A model generated the notes under the pieces. It did not search any database. It saw nothing but the letters and a program-made list of their open reading frames with translations, and had not been told where the DNA came from. The translations under genes were made by a program, and so were the position numbers. From Zygophlyctis sp. KS116 (taxonomy: Eukaryota; Fungi; Chytridiomycota): a stretch of 9,179 nucleotides of DNA. Positions within the stretch are counted from its first letter, which is position 1. Every line of letters begins with the position of its first letter. Location: positions 1-9,179 of the forward strand of contig BAAFSQ010000351.1 of assembly GCA_054661495.1 (NCBI GenBank), in the 5' to 3' direction. This document shows positions 7,983 to 9,179 of this stretch, piece by piece.

Positions 7983-8500
7983 ACAGACATGCACCTTTGT
8001 CCAACCCGTCATATTGCATTTATAGCATTTTCTCGTATTGGTCTTTGATTCTGATCTAAAATCCTTGCTTTCGGATTCTTAAGCGCGGGTTTCATCAATG
8101 GACTTAGTGTCCTGTTCAGGCTTATCCTTGCCTTTAGTACAACGATGCCCCGGGGATCACGAAGACTTGCGCTTATGAAAAGTCCGAGAAGATACCTCAG
8201 ATCGACGAGGCTCAGCTTCTTCCCGGCGCGGTTCAAGCTGCTTAACCAATGCAAAAAATCGCATCAGATCCTTTTGCACAGCATTCACAATAGGCAAGGG
8301 AGTCCTCTGTCCTAAACCGCAGTCTCTTATTCAGACCGGAGACAAATTACGAGGAGCTCTTCATCAGCCTTGATCAACTTTTTTCTAAGCATGTTGAATC
8401 TATCCGAGTATTTCTGTACTGATTCGTCAGGCTCATGTTTCCAATTATGAAGGCGCTTGATGTAGTTTGATGTAACAATTGACGGTTGTTGGCCTTTTGG
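7983..8500 (-). pseudogene. gypsy-1 gag (5'-truncated) with Cys/His knuckle
   Basis: LHNWKHEPDESVQKYSDRFNML...FVSGLNKRL (retrotransposon gag motif) and CYKCNMTGWTKVHVC (8027-7983). Confidence 0.82.
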
Positions 8501-8519
8501 AATTGAATAGATAGATAAA

Positions 8520-8580
8520 CTTAGAATTAGAACTTGACTTTTATTTCTACCTTAGAATTAGAACTTGACTTTTAATTCCT
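8520..8580. repeat. Tandem duplication with 31-bp period and 24 identical bp; probable gypsy-2 3' LTR/UTR remnant
   Basis: CTTAGAATTAGAACTTGACTTTTA at 8520-8543 and 8551-8574. On the minus strand the copies carry ATTAAA and AATAAA. Confidence 0.85.
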
Positions 8581-9179
8581 CTAAACTGCGCGAAGCGCGT
8601 TTTGGCCTTTAAAAGTCAGTCGGAGCTTGAGTTTTGATCTTTGTCGATCAGCCACTTCAGAGCCTGCTACACCCCCCCTGGTTGATACATTGGGCTGCGT
8701 CTTTATGGAGTCCTTTGAAGTGTACCAAGTATTGCAGGTGGTGTCGCCAAAACCGGTGATTGGTGATGTAGGATACTTCCCATTCTTCTGCCCCATCCAT
8801 TATATCTGGAGAAGGAGCTGTTTGATTTGATCTTAAGACATATTTCTTCAATTTTGATATAGAGAATGTATTAAGAATCAGAGTAGTAGGGGGCAACTCT
8901 AAGGTAGCGTTAGAACCATTTATATCTAGAACCTTAAACGGGCCCAGCCAGGGGGAGAGTTACTTCTTTGAGACATGAGAGGACGCTGCCCAGTTAATAC
9001 CATCTCGTTCAAGAAGCACTAGATCACCTATTTGAAGTTGAGCCTTCGGCCGATTTCGATTATATTGAGTAGCCTGACCCAGTTGTGCTTTTCCTATAGC
9101 TGCGGAAGCTTGCTGTAAGAGAGTGGCCCAGTCGGGAAAAAGAGTGCCAAGATCCTGGGAATTGGCTGATCCGGGATGT
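8581..9179 (-). mobile_element. 3' end of a second Ty3/gypsy chromovirus (gypsy-2): integrase C-terminus with GPF motif and chromodomain; continues beyond the window
   Basis: AQLGQATQYNRNRPKAQLQIGDLVLL...LSPWLGPFKVL...LELPPTTLILNTFSISKLKKY...EEWEVSYITNHRFWRHHLQYLVHFKGL (chromodomain about 8660-8788). Confidence 0.92.

Larger units (their letters stand above)
4865..8500 (-). mobile_element. Ty3/gypsy chromovirus relic (gypsy-1): gag-PR-RT-(RNase H deleted)-IN-chromodomain, interrupted by hAT-4; 5' LTR absent, 3' LTR reduced to a stub
   Basis: The PR-RT-IN domain order on the minus strand is diagnostic of Ty3/gypsy. The domain motifs are listed in the sub-features. Confidence 0.93.

Noticed and set aside
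8583-8602. Helitron 3' terminal hairpin
   Set aside because: No properly placed CTRR end and no Rep/helicase sequence.
2168-8830. Plus-strand ORFs 2168-2422, 2669-2929, 4027-4299, 5200-5394, 6280-6471 and 8627-8830 as real genes
   Set aside because: They are short antisense shadows of minus-strand TE coding relics with no recognisable motifs.

Overview
AT-rich eukaryotic DNA, probably from an early-diverging fungus or relative (inference). It consists almost entirely of decayed, partly nested transposable elements, and I see no intact host gene. From left to right: a 46-bp minisatellite (1-178) running into a hAT transposase fragment (+); a Ty1/copia gag (+) converging on a Ty1/copia RT (-); two hAT transposase relics from different subfamilies (-); a Ty3/gypsy chromovirus (gag-PR-RT-IN-chromo, RNase H deleted, -) whose RT is interrupted by a fourth hAT with an 8-bp TSD; and the 3' end of a second chromovirus (-). 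Four signals go beyond the TE inventory. (1) A perfect palindrome with 23-bp arms, made of flanking DNA and centred on the last base of the hAT TSD, looks like a fossil hairpin-opening (P-nucleotide-like) footprint. (2) Two ultrashort (26 and 29 nt) intron-like segments restore hAT reading frames when removed. (3) Both chromodomains carry a non-canonical FKG aromatic cage. (4) The minisatellite appears to have arisen inside a transposase linker. All family calls rest on manual translation and motif recognition. No database search was run, and most element boundaries are approximate.
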